DNA of 58,566 nucleotides, taken from positions 1 to 58,566 of the forward strand of contig JALAGF010002807.1 of the NCBI GenBank assembly GCA_030167865.1, given 5' to 3'. This stretch comes from Craspedostauros australis (Eukaryota). The position numbers were made by a program, and so were the translations under genes. The notes below the pieces were generated by a model. It searched no databases and was not told the DNA's origin. It saw only the letters and a program-made list of their open reading frames with translations. Positions 43,666 through 54,536 of this stretch are shown one piece after another. Positions within the stretch are counted from its first letter, which is position 1; the number at the start of each line of letters is the position of its first letter.

Positions 43666-46326
43666 TTATTGTTCCCATTCCGACGAGCTGCTGGTCTCGT
43701 GCGACACATCGTCGTCGTCGTCAACGTCATCATTGTCGTCACTGCCTTCGTTGCTGTTGTTATTGTTGTTGTCGCAGTCAAGACGTGCGCGAGCCCGCGT
43801 CGTGCGACGGGTTTCGGGAAGGTGCAACGATGGTGTGGCAGGATTGTCGCGTCGGTAGAGTTTGCGCGAATCGCGGAATGCTTGCGCTGTCTTCATGAAG
43901 CATCGGTTGATGTCGAATTCCAACCAAAGATGCTCGTCCCTGGACCATTCCAGAAACGATCCATTGGCGGCGAACACTGCGCTGCAGACTCTCGATGTGA
44001 CATTCTTCTTGCCGTTCGGGAGCTTGGTGGTGTCGTACTCCCTGCCCCATAGATTCAGAAGTTTGTGGAAGTAGCGATTCCCCGGCCAGTGCATGGAGAT
44101 GGTGAGATGCGAGCGGCCGCAGATGACGTCTTCCAAAGTGGGCAACCGCCCATTCTTGTCCTCCAACCCCTTCCAGGTCTCCTGGGGGTCTGGTACCTGA
44201 TCGAGCTCGCCGAGAAATTCCTCGAAGGTGGGTGCCCCGCCGAGACTGACCGAGTCAAGATCTATCGATGGAGATGTCTTCACGGATCGTTCCGGTGTTG
44301 CCGATGTATCGGGTGATTGCGACATCGATGATGCCTTGCGCCTCTTGCGGAGACTGCGTCGCGCTGGTTGAGTATCGATGCTCTCGTGGTCGCGGTCATC
44401 GGCCGAGTCTCGATCGCTGTCGTTGTCGGCTCGTTCATTCTCGGCGAGGGTGCCTCGGAGCCGTTTCGATCGTTGTCCTGGGGTCTTCGGGTTGCTGTGG
44501 TGTTCGATCGTATCACCAGCGCTCTTGCGTTTAGCGCGTTGTTTTCTTGGGGTTGATGTCGGAAACGTCTTCCGCCTGGTCCTCCGTGCTGGCAAGACGA
44601 AGGAGTCGTCGCTGCTTTCATGCATGGTCGAGCTATCGTCAGCCTCGTGAGCATCGCCGTCGCCTTCTTCGTCTTCTCCCCGCGATTTGCGCGTCGATAT
44701 AGCTGATGGTACAGATAATCTCTCTGGTGGGCGCTTCTTTCGACCTGTAGATCTCCTTTGAGGCGTAATTCTGGTAGATGCCGATTGTTTGGTGTCAATC
44801 TGATCGGGGTCACCAGTGTCTTCATCAGCGTCTTTATCAACCTCCTCGGTAACACCCTTCTCAGCCTGTTCGTCGGCCTCGCCGCCAGCATCTGCCTCGT
44901 TGTCGCTGCTGGCATCTGGCTGTGCCTTGGCAGGTGTGCCAGTCTTGCTGCTCTCGGCATCACTGGTACCTCTGTCTACAACTGTTTTGGAAAAGAGTGC
45001 ACCATCATACAGGACTTTCGATCGCAGATCGTCTTCGTCGGCTTTCGGGATGTCCCATCGGCTGCCCCGTAAGATGCTGTCGTTGTTGTTACTGTTCCTG
45101 CCTCCTCGTTGTCGAAGTCGTCTTGATCGCCTCACACGAAACGGGGGCATGCGAGCAATCCTCTCAGCAGGCGTGGTCGCGGAAGGTGGCACGCCCAGTG
45201 CTTCCATGACCAGAATTGGGTCTGCATGCCCAATTTCATTACCCACAGACCCTCCTGCATGTCCTTTTTCGGCTGGCACCAACAGTTCTGACAAACTCGG
45301 TAACTCATGCGACGCCTCGACCAATGGCTGGCTGAATAGATCTTGTGCGGTTTCGTTGATCGCCATCTCGTCAGCTGGTTGATCGCGACGCATCGCAACT
45401 TGCTTCCTGTGTCGCAAAACTCGATGATGCAAGAACTTATCCCACCGCCCAGGTGCCGATATGGCCATGTTATGGACAAGACTGGGATCCCTCCGCAGGT
45501 TCTCGAATGCCAATCCCGTGCTGAGGTAGTGGCGCAGCCGTGGCTGCAGACGCTGCTCGAGCGACGCTCCAAGAATCGATGGATCGTTGATGACGAAGGT
45601 CCTGGTGGTCTCCCAGCTCCCCTCGAGGCACTTGTGCTGCACGAACTGGATGGCTGGCTCCATGTTCTTTTCCGGATGATACTTGACCAACGTCGGGTGG
45701 GCGATGAGCATGGCACCCAGCCGTTCGTCCGATACGAACAGACGCTGTTGCAGCCACATGAGGCGCGGTTCCAAATCCTCCTCCAGATCCCAATCGACGA
45801 TGTGCGGACAGTGCTTCACGATGTTGTCGATGGCCTCCTTCCCCAGCTTGAACCACCGATGGAAGTACTCGTGAACATGGGTCCAGTTGCCATGATCCGC
45901 CAACGATTCCAGCCAGCTGTTCGGATGACAGGTCCTGTCGGTCCTGTTCTTAGCAACGCGTCTCCTCGTGGCCCTTTTCGTGAACCTCCCTCCCGTCCCG
46001 ATGGCCGCCGCATCCATCGTCGCGTCCATCGACGCTGATGCGTTTGCGGTATTGTTGGTGGTGGTGGCCGTGGATGCGGATCCCAAGGCTGCTGTTGCAT
46101 CATCGAAGATGCTTCTGCTTGGCCCTGTCGATATGGCATGGCCGGTGCCCGATGAATCAAATGTGCTACTCGTTGTACGATCATCGGTTTCATCCAGAAA
46201 CGACCAATGATCGGCTTCGGCAGAACTGCCAGCCTGCGACGGATGGGATGATTCGTGCAGAATGCTTGGGAGGTAGCGAACGCAGAAAGGTGCGGAGACA
46301 GGCTCCGTTGCTCCAAATGTGCTCAT
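43666..46326 (-). CDS. Protein with mTERF-like repeats and a C-terminal DUF6824-like domain, 886 aa
   Basis: mTERF-like LEEDLEPRLMWLQ, HPTLVKYHPEKNMEPAIQFVQ and DPSILGASLEQRLQPRL; DUF6824-like DVICGR...HWPGNRYF...GSFL...W...KTAQAFRD; basic/acidic linker. Confidence 0.78.
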   Translation of the reverse strand: MSTFGATEPVSAPFCVRYLPSILHESSHPSQAGSSAEADHWSFLDETDDRTTSSTFDSSGTGHAISTGPSRSIFDDATAALGSASTATTTNNTANASASMDATMDAAAIGTGGRFTKRATRRRVAKNRTDRTCHPNSWLESLADHGNWTHVHEYFHRWFKLGKEAIDNIVKHCPHIVDWDLEEDLEPRLMWLQQRLFVSDERLGAMLIAHPTLVKYHPEKNMEPAIQFVQHKCLEGSWETTRTFVINDPSILGASLEQRLQPRLRHYLSTGLAFENLRRDPSLVHNMAISAPGRWDKFLHHRVLRHRKQVAMRRDQPADEMAINETAQDLFSQPLVEASHELPSLSELLVPAEKGHAGGSVGNEIGHADPILVMEALGVPPSATTPAERIARMPPFRVRRSRRLRQRGGRNSNNNDSILRGSRWDIPKADEDDLRSKVLYDGALFSKTVVDRGTSDAESSKTGTPAKAQPDASSDNEADAGGEADEQAEKGVTEEVDKDADEDTGDPDQIDTKQSASTRITPQRRSTGRKKRPPERLSVPSAISTRKSRGEDEEGDGDAHEADDSSTMHESSDDSFVLPARRTRRKTFPTSTPRKQRAKRKSAGDTIEHHSNPKTPGQRSKRLRGTLAENERADNDSDRDSADDRDHESIDTQPARRSLRKRRKASSMSQSPDTSATPERSVKTSPSIDLDSVSLGGAPTFEEFLGELDQVPDPQETWKGLEDKNGRLPTLEDVICGRSHLTISMHWPGNRYFHKLLNLWGREYDTTKLPNGKKNVTSRVCSAVFAANGSFLEWSRDEHLWLEFDINRCFMKTAQAFRDSRKLYRRDNPATPSLHLPETRRTTRARARLDCDNNNNNSNEGSDDNDDVDDDDDVSHETSSSSEWEQ

Positions 46327-47078
46327 CTTGCCGCTGCCGTTGCCGTTGCCGTTGGCTGTGGTAGCGTGGAGGAACGGAGCAGAGCAATATTACACTTTTC
46401 GTAATCGCGGAACGTTCTGCGCTTGTGCTGGTTCGACGAGTCCTCCGCCAGAATCTTCAATGGTTGGATCAGTGCAAGTGAATAACATCTGTCGTTTCGT
46501 CTCGCAAAGGCGATGGTGTTGATCGTGTTGAACGTGTTGAACGTGTTGACGTTGTTCAAAGGAGAGCACCAAGGGCAGATTGTGGTGCTCTCCACACAAG
46601 GGGAGGACAACGGGTTGTTCCTCTCCTTGGTTCGTGCGCCCCCTGCTGGCGTTGCAGAGGCGTTTGGGTTCCAAAACAGAGACCAAACTGTGGATTTGTG
46701 TTCTGTTCTTCGTCTCGGAAACGCGAATTGCTTTTTGTGTGAGCATTTTACGATCAACGAGTGCGAGGAGAAGAAGACGGACAGATGAAGTCCCAATCGA
46801 TCATGAATCGATGTTGCGTTTTGGATCTTGTTGACACCTCCACGTACTACTACTATTCCACATGCGAGTCGGACGAGATAGCGTCACTGTATTCCTCTTT
46901 TGTGATGTTCATCGTTGTGGTGGTGATACACGTACATCCCCACAGGGATGGCAAGTCCCCATCACATCCATCACAACTATCGCAACTCGCACAGCTAACA
47001 CAAACAACATCACAATCAGCAATCAGCAATCGAAGGCCAAAAAGAAGCACAACAATACCCACGACAAATACAAGAACA

Positions 47079-47735
47079 ATGATGCGCTCGAGATCTGCTT
47101 CTCCTCAATCCGCTGTGATGGTCATGTTCCGCACTGTCGCTACCCTGCTGATGTTCGTGGCCGTCGCCACGGCTGCCAAAGACAAGGCGACCGGCCTCTC
47201 CTTCCCCGATAAGCTCGGCGGCAACAAGCTTTGGGGCACGGGCGTGCGTACCAAGGGCCCCATCAAGGTGTACGCGGTGGGAGCGTACGGACCTGACGCC
47301 AACATCAAGAAACGCCTGGCCGACCTCTCCGCCAAGTCCGACAAGAAGAAGGCGCTCAGCGAATTGTCCAAGGCAGCTACGGACAGTTCCAGCATGACCT
47401 TCCTTCTCAAGTTCACCTTCCCTGTCAGCGCCGAGAAGGTTGCGGCCTCCATCTCCGACTCCGTCGCCACGAGGTATCCCAGCGGGTCGGCCGAGATCGC
47501 GCAGTTCAAGAATGTCCTGTGCGACGGCGTGGGAGAGAAGGGTGCCAAGAAGGGCACCACAATCCAGTTCGATTGCAGCAAGCGCGGCGGCATCAAGGTT
47601 GCGTTGGATGGAAAATCGTTGGGCGCGGTCGGTGGCAAGGGCTTGTCGCAGGCTCTGTGCAAGGTGTACACGGATGAGAAGGCCGTCAGTCCAGCATTGC
47701 GCCTGTCCTGTTTGGCGAACTTCTGTGGTTTGTAG
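47079..47735 (+). CDS. Chalcone-isomerase-fold (fatty-acid-binding protein-like) protein with signal peptide, paralog 1, ~218 aa
   Basis: DKATGLSFP...GTGVRTKGPIKVYAVGAY, KKGTTIQF and LSQALCKVYTDEKAVSPALR; hydrophobic N-terminus. Start may be a slightly later Met. Confidence 0.82.
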   Translation: MMRSRSASPQSAVMVMFRTVATLLMFVAVATAAKDKATGLSFPDKLGGNKLWGTGVRTKGPIKVYAVGAYGPDANIKKRLADLSAKSDKKKALSELSKAATDSSSMTFLLKFTFPVSAEKVAASISDSVATRYPSGSAEIAQFKNVLCDGVGEKGAKKGTTIQFDCSKRGGIKVALDGKSLGAVGGKGLSQALCKVYTDEKAVSPALRLSCLANFCGL

Positions 47736-48462
47736 CTCGTTTAATAGATGACGATGACGATCATGATGATGACGATGACAGTAGAGAGATTTCTAACCAC
47801 AGCCACCCCACATACGAGTACGAGTAGGGAGCAGGTCTTCGAAACGAAATGAAACAAACTCAGTTCACATCCTGCGTTGTTCGCTTTCATTCGTTCATCG
47901 ATAATACCACATCGTTGCCTTCTCCAACCTTGGTGGAAGCGGAACATCGGATACCAGGAGAAGACGTTCCAACGGAGAGGACTCTATCATTATAGAATAC
48001 ATGATATCATGTGATGCTTTATACATTTACTATATTTACTATTCGGGCCACAGGTCGTACACGGCTTGTCGCACTCTGCTCTCCAGTCAAACGCCACGTT
48101 GTCATCCTTCGCGTTTCGATTTTGGCGCCAGGTGGAAGTTGAAGTTGTCCACGATGATACCTCTTCGTGAATGACGAGTCACATGCAAGAATCGAAAGAT
48201 TTGAGTTGACACGGACATGCCAACCCTCTTCCTTTGTGACATCCTCTCTTGACGAGACAGCAGCGATGGTTCCCTAGTCGTAGCTACTCGCGTGGCCACA
48301 TGACTGCGCCGAAGAGCGTTGGGAACCACGTCCGACTAATCGTACAATTGCTATCCTCTGCATCCCAACCTGCTTCGTACGGCTTTCATTCGGTGCCTTT
48401 CCCCAATCTTCGGCATACTCCAACCCCCTCTCCCTCCATCAGCATCAGCATTGTCCAGAAAG

Positions 48463-49167
48463 ATGAAGACGACAGCCACATACCTGAGCTTCTGCGCGAT
48501 CATTCTGTCATGTCTGCTGCTGCAGCTGCAGTTGACGACGGTGGCCGGAAGCCTGACAGATAGGGCCACCGGCATTCCGTTCGCTGCCAAGCTGAGGGAG
48601 CTGGAGCTGTTCGGGGTCGGCGTCCGCAAGAAGGGACCCATCAAGGTCTACAGCGTCGGCATGTACTGCAGCAACACCATCAAGGCCTCGCTTGCCGGCT
48701 TTTCCAAGTCGGCCGCAGGCAAGAAGGAGGCTCGGGCAGCTCTGTGCCAAGGCGCCAAGGAATCCAAGGAGGGCACGTCCTTCCTCCTACAGATGAACTT
48801 CAAGGTCGGCGCCGAGAAGATGGCGTCGGCCATCGCGGAATCGGTGGAGCCCAGACATTCGAGCCAAGCGGAGGTGGAGAGCCTGAAGGATCTCATCGCC
48901 AAGGGTGTTGCCGCCAAAGGAGCGGCCACGAAGGGCACCACCATCCGCTTTGATTGCAATTGCATCGCATCGGAAGGCGTGGAGGGCGAAGATGGCGAGA
49001 GCCAAGATGCTGTCGTTGGCGGGATCGGCGTTTCGGTGGACGGCAAAGAGCAGGGCATGGTGCCGAGCACGGAGCTGGCGAAGTCCTTCTGTGATGTCTA
49101 CCTCGATGACAAGTGCGTCAGCAAACCTCTTGTGGACAGCTGCATCGACAATTGCTGCGCGCCATAA
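48463..49167 (+). CDS. Chalcone-isomerase-fold protein with signal peptide, paralog 2, ~234 aa
   Basis: DRATGIPF...GVGVRKKGPIKVYSVGMY, TKGTTIRF and LAKSFCDVYLDDKCVSKPL; signal peptide MKTTATYLSFCAIILSCLLL. Confidence 0.82.
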   Translation: MKTTATYLSFCAIILSCLLLQLQLTTVAGSLTDRATGIPFAAKLRELELFGVGVRKKGPIKVYSVGMYCSNTIKASLAGFSKSAAGKKEARAALCQGAKESKEGTSFLLQMNFKVGAEKMASAIAESVEPRHSSQAEVESLKDLIAKGVAAKGAATKGTTIRFDCNCIASEGVEGEDGESQDAVVGGIGVSVDGKEQGMVPSTELAKSFCDVYLDDKCVSKPLVDSCIDNCCAP

Positions 49168-49650
49168 AAGAGGGCATGGAGCGTGGTCACTTTGTGGTTG
49201 CCTCACAATGGCAGTGCCAGTGGGGAAGTCCAAGTCGAAGTCAAAGTGAGAACTAGGAAATACGAGCGGTGAATGCCAGTCAGCAGCGGATGATACGCGA
49301 CCCATCCAAGCATCAATTGAGAAGGGAATGATCCCACAGTGCTACGAGTACACACGACCGTGGACGTCGACGGAACCAAGCGCAGAGCTGAAGAACTTCT
49401 TGAGTGGGTATTGGAACGTAATAAATGCCATGCTATGCCACACGTCACTGCAATCGTTCATTTTCGCACTTTGTATGGTAGCAGCTCTTGAAGTGTATAT
49501 TCGTGCGTGCTAGTTGGCCCTTCTTCAAGGAACCCACACACTGTGTTTAATTGGTACTGATATAACGAAACAGTAATTGCAGTATACTCATAATTCTCGA
49601 GTGTGGAATGCGGCACACCACGCGCCAGGTCGATGAATTGAGAGCGATGC

Positions 49651-49681
49651 CTCTCTCTCTCTCTCTCTCTCTCTCCCTCTC
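49651..49681. repeat. (CT)n microsatellite
   Basis: Direct reading. Confidence 0.9.
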
Positions 49682-49757
49682 CAGAGAGAGTAGGGTCACA
49701 TCAATCTGCTTGCCACAATGCCAGTCGCGCACGTTCGTCCACAGCCCTCTCATACCA

Positions 49758-51528
49758 TCAAGCCATCATGGAATCACCGGTTGTTGAAGCAGCTCCACCG
49801 GCCATCGAATTCCGTTCATCTTTGTAGGCCTGCAATCCGAAGAGCTCCCTTCGAATCTCCGGAGTGATCTTGTGATGGAAGTGCTTCTTCATCAACGCGC
49901 GCAAAGTTTCACGCACAGTGTCACCCTGCAGCGCATTCTTGTATCGCTGCACGAAGGTCAGCAATGCCTGGTGCCACAGCACGGGCAACGTCCGAGAATC
50001 TCCCAAGAAACTGCAGAAGTGCCGCACCAAACTGCTGATCACGGGAGCCGGCAGGGAGTACTTCTTGTTTAGCAACGTTCGGATGAAAATGGATGCCGCA
50101 CCGTTGTATTCCTTCATCTGCGCAAGCTTGTGAATGGCCACCGCGGAATGATGCACGGGTATGCTGACTCGTTGCAGCATGCTGGCGACGATGGCAGCCT
50201 CCCGCAACGTGCATTCGTCCTTGCACAGCGGCAGCAGGATGCCCTTGAAGAATGCGGCTGGTTTGTACACCGCCTTCTTCAGGCTCATGTAGTAGTGATA
50301 ATTCAGCTTCTTGTGCTGGTAGATATCCGCTCGCACCGCATCCAACAAGACGAGGTTGAAGAATCGTTGAGCCATCTTGGGATTCAGGTTGGAAGCGAAG
50401 ATACGCGTCGCGGCGAACATTGCCTGCGGCGTCCACATGTCAGGACGCGTCAAGTACAGCACCTGCTCCCAATTGGACAGGGAGGGAATGACCTTGAAGG
50501 CCTTGGGCAGTTTCCCGGACGTGTAGCCGTTCAATATTTTGCCAATGTCCGTGTACACTTCCACCACCTTGGTTGGCAGTGGTGGCAATCCGTCCTCATC
50601 AACGCCGGTGCCGTCACCTGCACCACCTTGTGCACCGCCTCCCGCTTCCTTTTCTGCAATTTTGGACAGGATCATGTCGGCCAACGTTTGGCGTTGTTCT
50701 CCGCCCTCGTTGCTGCTGCCTCCCATCATCGACTTGACGAGGGCTTCATCCTCCGGCGACATTCCCATGGCATCTTCCCGAATATCGACGTATCCCTTAT
50801 CGTTGGAGATGTAGCTGTTCCAGAAGGGAAAGATGTGGAGCACATAATAGTATCGCACACAAATTGTTGATTTCAATAGGTTGATTTCAACAGATTGATG
50901 ATCACAACAGCGATGGCAACAGCTTGATGGTCAGTGTACGATGTTTTGTGGAAATCACGGAGTATTGATCAAAGCTTCCATTCGCAACGCAATTCAACTT
51001 CTTTTGATGACTTGCATCATCGGCACCACCACCACCACCACCACCACCATTGGTATCATGACTGTTCTCACATGTTGACATTGCATCTCGTTTCGATATG
51101 CTCTGCTCCTGCCGAACATGCACCGCTGTTGGTACTTGCGCTGCTGCTTACTCTTCGTCTTCATCAAGGATGATCTCCTCGACCTCCTCTTCATTGCCTT
51201 CGTCTTCGTCATCGCTGTCCAACTTGGCAGCAGCCGGCATGCTCCTGCCTTGCTGCTTCGCAGCCGCCGCCTTCCTTCGATTTTTCGCATACTCCTCGCT
51301 CTCCATCTCCAGTTGCTGCTGACGCGTCATCTCCAGGATCTTCGAGGACGTCCTGTCATCCAGGAACTCTCCATCTGTGCCGTCCGCACCGCCCTTGGCC
51401 TTCTTGCCTCTGACGGGCGCAGCGAATTTGCCGCGGTTGGAGTCACGATCGATCGTCTGTCCCAGCGGTTCATGTCGCGCCTGCTCGGTGGCCAACGCGG
51501 CCGCGCGAATTCGTTTCACCTTGGGCAT
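49758..51528 (-). CDS. BYSL: Bystin/Enp1 pre-40S assembly factor, ~477 aa; exons 51528-51152 and 50814-49758
   Basis: SSKILEMTRQQQLE, TLADMILSKIAEKE, YTSGKLPKAFKVIP, ATRIFASNL, LKKAVYKPAAFFKG, LPVLWHQALLTFVQRYK and ITPEIRREL; phase-2 intron 51151-50815 (GTAAGC...CAG). Confidence 0.95.
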
Positions 51529-52127
51529 GCTGCTGTTGCGCTATCTGGTTGTGTTGCGTTGAATGGTTGCGGTTTGTTGGTCGGGTAGAGCCTCTTTGTG
51601 TCGATGTGGAAGTGATGGGTGATGATGTTCGCTCAGTTGTTGACAGAAAACGCGGAAACGAAAACGCCAAAAAGGAAATCATGGAGGAACGCAACCAATG
51701 TGGAAAACGACTTTTTGGTTGGAGGTTGCTCATTGTCGTCTGTCCTCCGTTGGTTGCCGCCAACCATGGTCTAACTCCAACAGCAGGCTTTCGACCCCAA
51801 CAGGTGCAACATGATCGACAGACAACAAGTCTGGACAGTTTCCCCAAGTACTACTACGGGGACCATGCAATGATCAAGACAACTCATCCATCTCTGTGGA
51901 AGGAGAGAGAGAGAGCTGCTGGTATATTCATCTCATGTCATGCAGAGTTGAGTGTCCAATGCTGTGGATACTTACACTCCACTCTGCAGATACAACCCCG
52001 TTCGTGCATCGTGATACTATGCTTTGTGTTCAATCGTTCCAGGCCTTCAGTTTCTTAAGTTGATTTGTGACTTATTCTAGCAAGAAGAGTGGAAAGATGT
52101 ACACTTTGTTTTGTTGGCTTAAGGAAT

Positions 52128-52991
52128 TTACCATTCGCTGGCACCGGCGGCGGCTCCTTGGTCACCCTCCCAGGATGCACCGTAGGCGGCAGCATCTCCA
52201 GCTGGGGCGGCCTCGAATCCAGTCTCGGCACCCTCGGCGGCTGGAGCTGGCTGCTCGGCGGGGATTGGCTCCTCGTACACTGGGGCGGCAGCGGCGGCGG
52301 CCGCAGCGGCAGCATCCTCGGCCTTCTGGGCCTGCTCCTCCTCGTTCTTCTTGAGCTCCTCGACGTCGCGGTGGAAGAAGAGATCGACTGGCACGTCCCA
52401 GTCGGTCTGTCTGTTGACGGCTCCTCTCAGGCGGAGGATCTCACGTGCCAAGAGCCAGTAGAGAAGACCGATGGAGTACTTTCCCTTGTTGTTGGCTGGG
52501 ATGGCAACATCGACGAACTGGAGCGGAGAGTCGGAGTCGCAGAAGGCGATGACTGGCAGGTTGACGTACGAGGCTTCCCTGACGGCCTGGGAATCGGTGC
52601 GTGGGTCGGTGACGACCAGCAGACGCGGCTCCTTGAACTGCTTGGTGATCTGGTTAGTGAAGGTTCCTGGGGTGAAGCGTCCGGCGATGGACTGGGATCC
52701 GGTGTAGTGGGCGAACTTGAGGACGGCGCGCATTCCGTACGGGCGGGCGGAGATGGCGATGACATCCTCTGGGTTCTCAATGGCGCAGATCACGCGGGCG
52801 GCGAGGATGATCTTCTCCCAGGTCATGCCGATGTTCAGGATGTGGACACCATCGTTGCGGCGGCGCCAGATGTACTCCTCCATTCCGGAGTCGGAGTTGC
52901 GGGTTCCGGTGTGCACTCCGGCGGAGAGCAGCATCTGGATGTCCTCCTCCTTGGGTTGGAGGACGGCTGGAAGGGAAGCAAAGGCAGACAT
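52128..52991 (-). CDS. RPSA: 40S ribosomal protein SA (uS2), 287 aa
   Basis: [52 protein letters not shown] and an acidic Ala-rich tail ending in W; strong codon bias. Confidence 0.97.
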   Translation of the reverse strand: MSAFASLPAVLQPKEEDIQMLLSAGVHTGTRNSDSGMEEYIWRRRNDGVHILNIGMTWEKIILAARVICAIENPEDVIAISARPYGMRAVLKFAHYTGSQSIAGRFTPGTFTNQITKQFKEPRLLVVTDPRTDSQAVREASYVNLPVIAFCDSDSPLQFVDVAIPANNKGKYSIGLLYWLLAREILRLRGAVNRQTDWDVPVDLFFHRDVEELKKNEEEQAQKAEDAAAAAAAAAAPVYEEPIPAEQPAPAAEGAETGFEAAPAGDAAAYGASWEGDQGAAAGASEW

Positions 52992-54536
52992 GGTGGACGG
53001 TGTTTTGGATTTCGTCGGTGGTTGTGTGCGGCTGTGGGTGCGGCTTTACCTGTTGGTGTGGATTTCGTGTTGCGGTGAGAAGGATCCGTTGCGTCTGTTG
53101 ATGGTGCTGTTGCTGGCGCTGTTGCTGGTGATGATGCTCGTGGTGGTCTTGGTCGGTTGACGATGGTGTCGATCAACAACAAGGGGACATCGCTTGCGCT
53201 TCACCATCGTGGAACCAACCAACGACCACAACAACAAAGAGAGCAAAAACCAACACCGACAATTTCGCGGCAAACGACGCTTGCGTCTGTCAGGCCGTCC
53301 GCCATTTCGCCAAGAAGTAAGCGGTAAATGCAGTCGAGTGAGTCAATCGTCAGGTAGAAAAAATGGCGCCAAATTGAAATGATCGCGGTGACCAGGACCA
53401 ACAGAGCAGAGTGCTCTGTAGAGCATTAGGAGAGTATTATGTATTAGTCTATTATATAATATGATCTATGTACTTCACTCCAATCGCAACCCAAGAGGCA
53501 TGGGATGACATAATCCCTCTATCTGTATTATCATATGGTAGTAATGTAGCATAATAGTAGTCAAGAGAAGAGTGCAGCTTGTGGCCGAATCAGGCGATAA
53601 TCAAGTGTAGAGGGGTTGCTTCAACCAACTAACTCCATTCTTGTGCTTGGTGGCGTGCCGCGCAAGCTCGGTAATATTGTGAACGGTACTCGACTCTGTT
53701 GGATCAATTCGACGAAGGGCGGAGCGATGTGGGTACTTCGTACAATGCATGGGCAGCGCGCCATTCCATAGGTGGACAGTTGTACGAGATGCTCTGTTCC
53801 GAAATGCCTTCTTTGTGGTGAAAGACTTGCGATCGAGGTATGCGAGATGACTTAGATTATTCATAGAATACCTCCCTCGAGGGGCTCGTCAATGCAGGAG
53901 AGCAACTGCTTCCAACACGACGCACCAGTCTGCTTAGGAGACGCCTATGTATGTATTCGTATAGTAGTCGCTATGAGTTCCCTCAGTTGGCGATGCCATT
54001 TGAAACAGGTTGTAGTGATCTCTCAATCCGGAGTGCTGAGTCACGCGCGACGCCAAGATCTCGATTTCCAGCCTTCCAGTTGCGTCATCCTTCCCTTGAT
54101 GTGAAATTCTGTGTTGGCCAAACCAGTGTTCTGTGGAATCGCATCTTCATGGACATGCATTCTCAATCACACACATGCACTCTCAATACGTATTCGTAGC
54201 AACACCATAAAGGAATCGCACGATACCTCCTTCACCGACAACGCAAACGTCGTCATCTGCAACCCATCATCAGCAACGCTCGAGCAACATCGTTGAAGTC
54301 AGCTTGCCCCGCAGACGCAGAAGTCTTCGTTCCGTATCTTCTGTCATCAACACCCCCCAACCCATCCTGCCCCATCTCGTCTCGTCCCACCGCTGCATCC
54401 AAGTCGACACGCTTCAGCAGCGCACTCGTATCCGTACCAATACTCCATTCTCCATACTCCACGCTTCACATTCCACACTCCACACTCCGCCTCCATCTCT
54501 GCGACGACATTTGGCAACATCAACTGCAACAACGAG

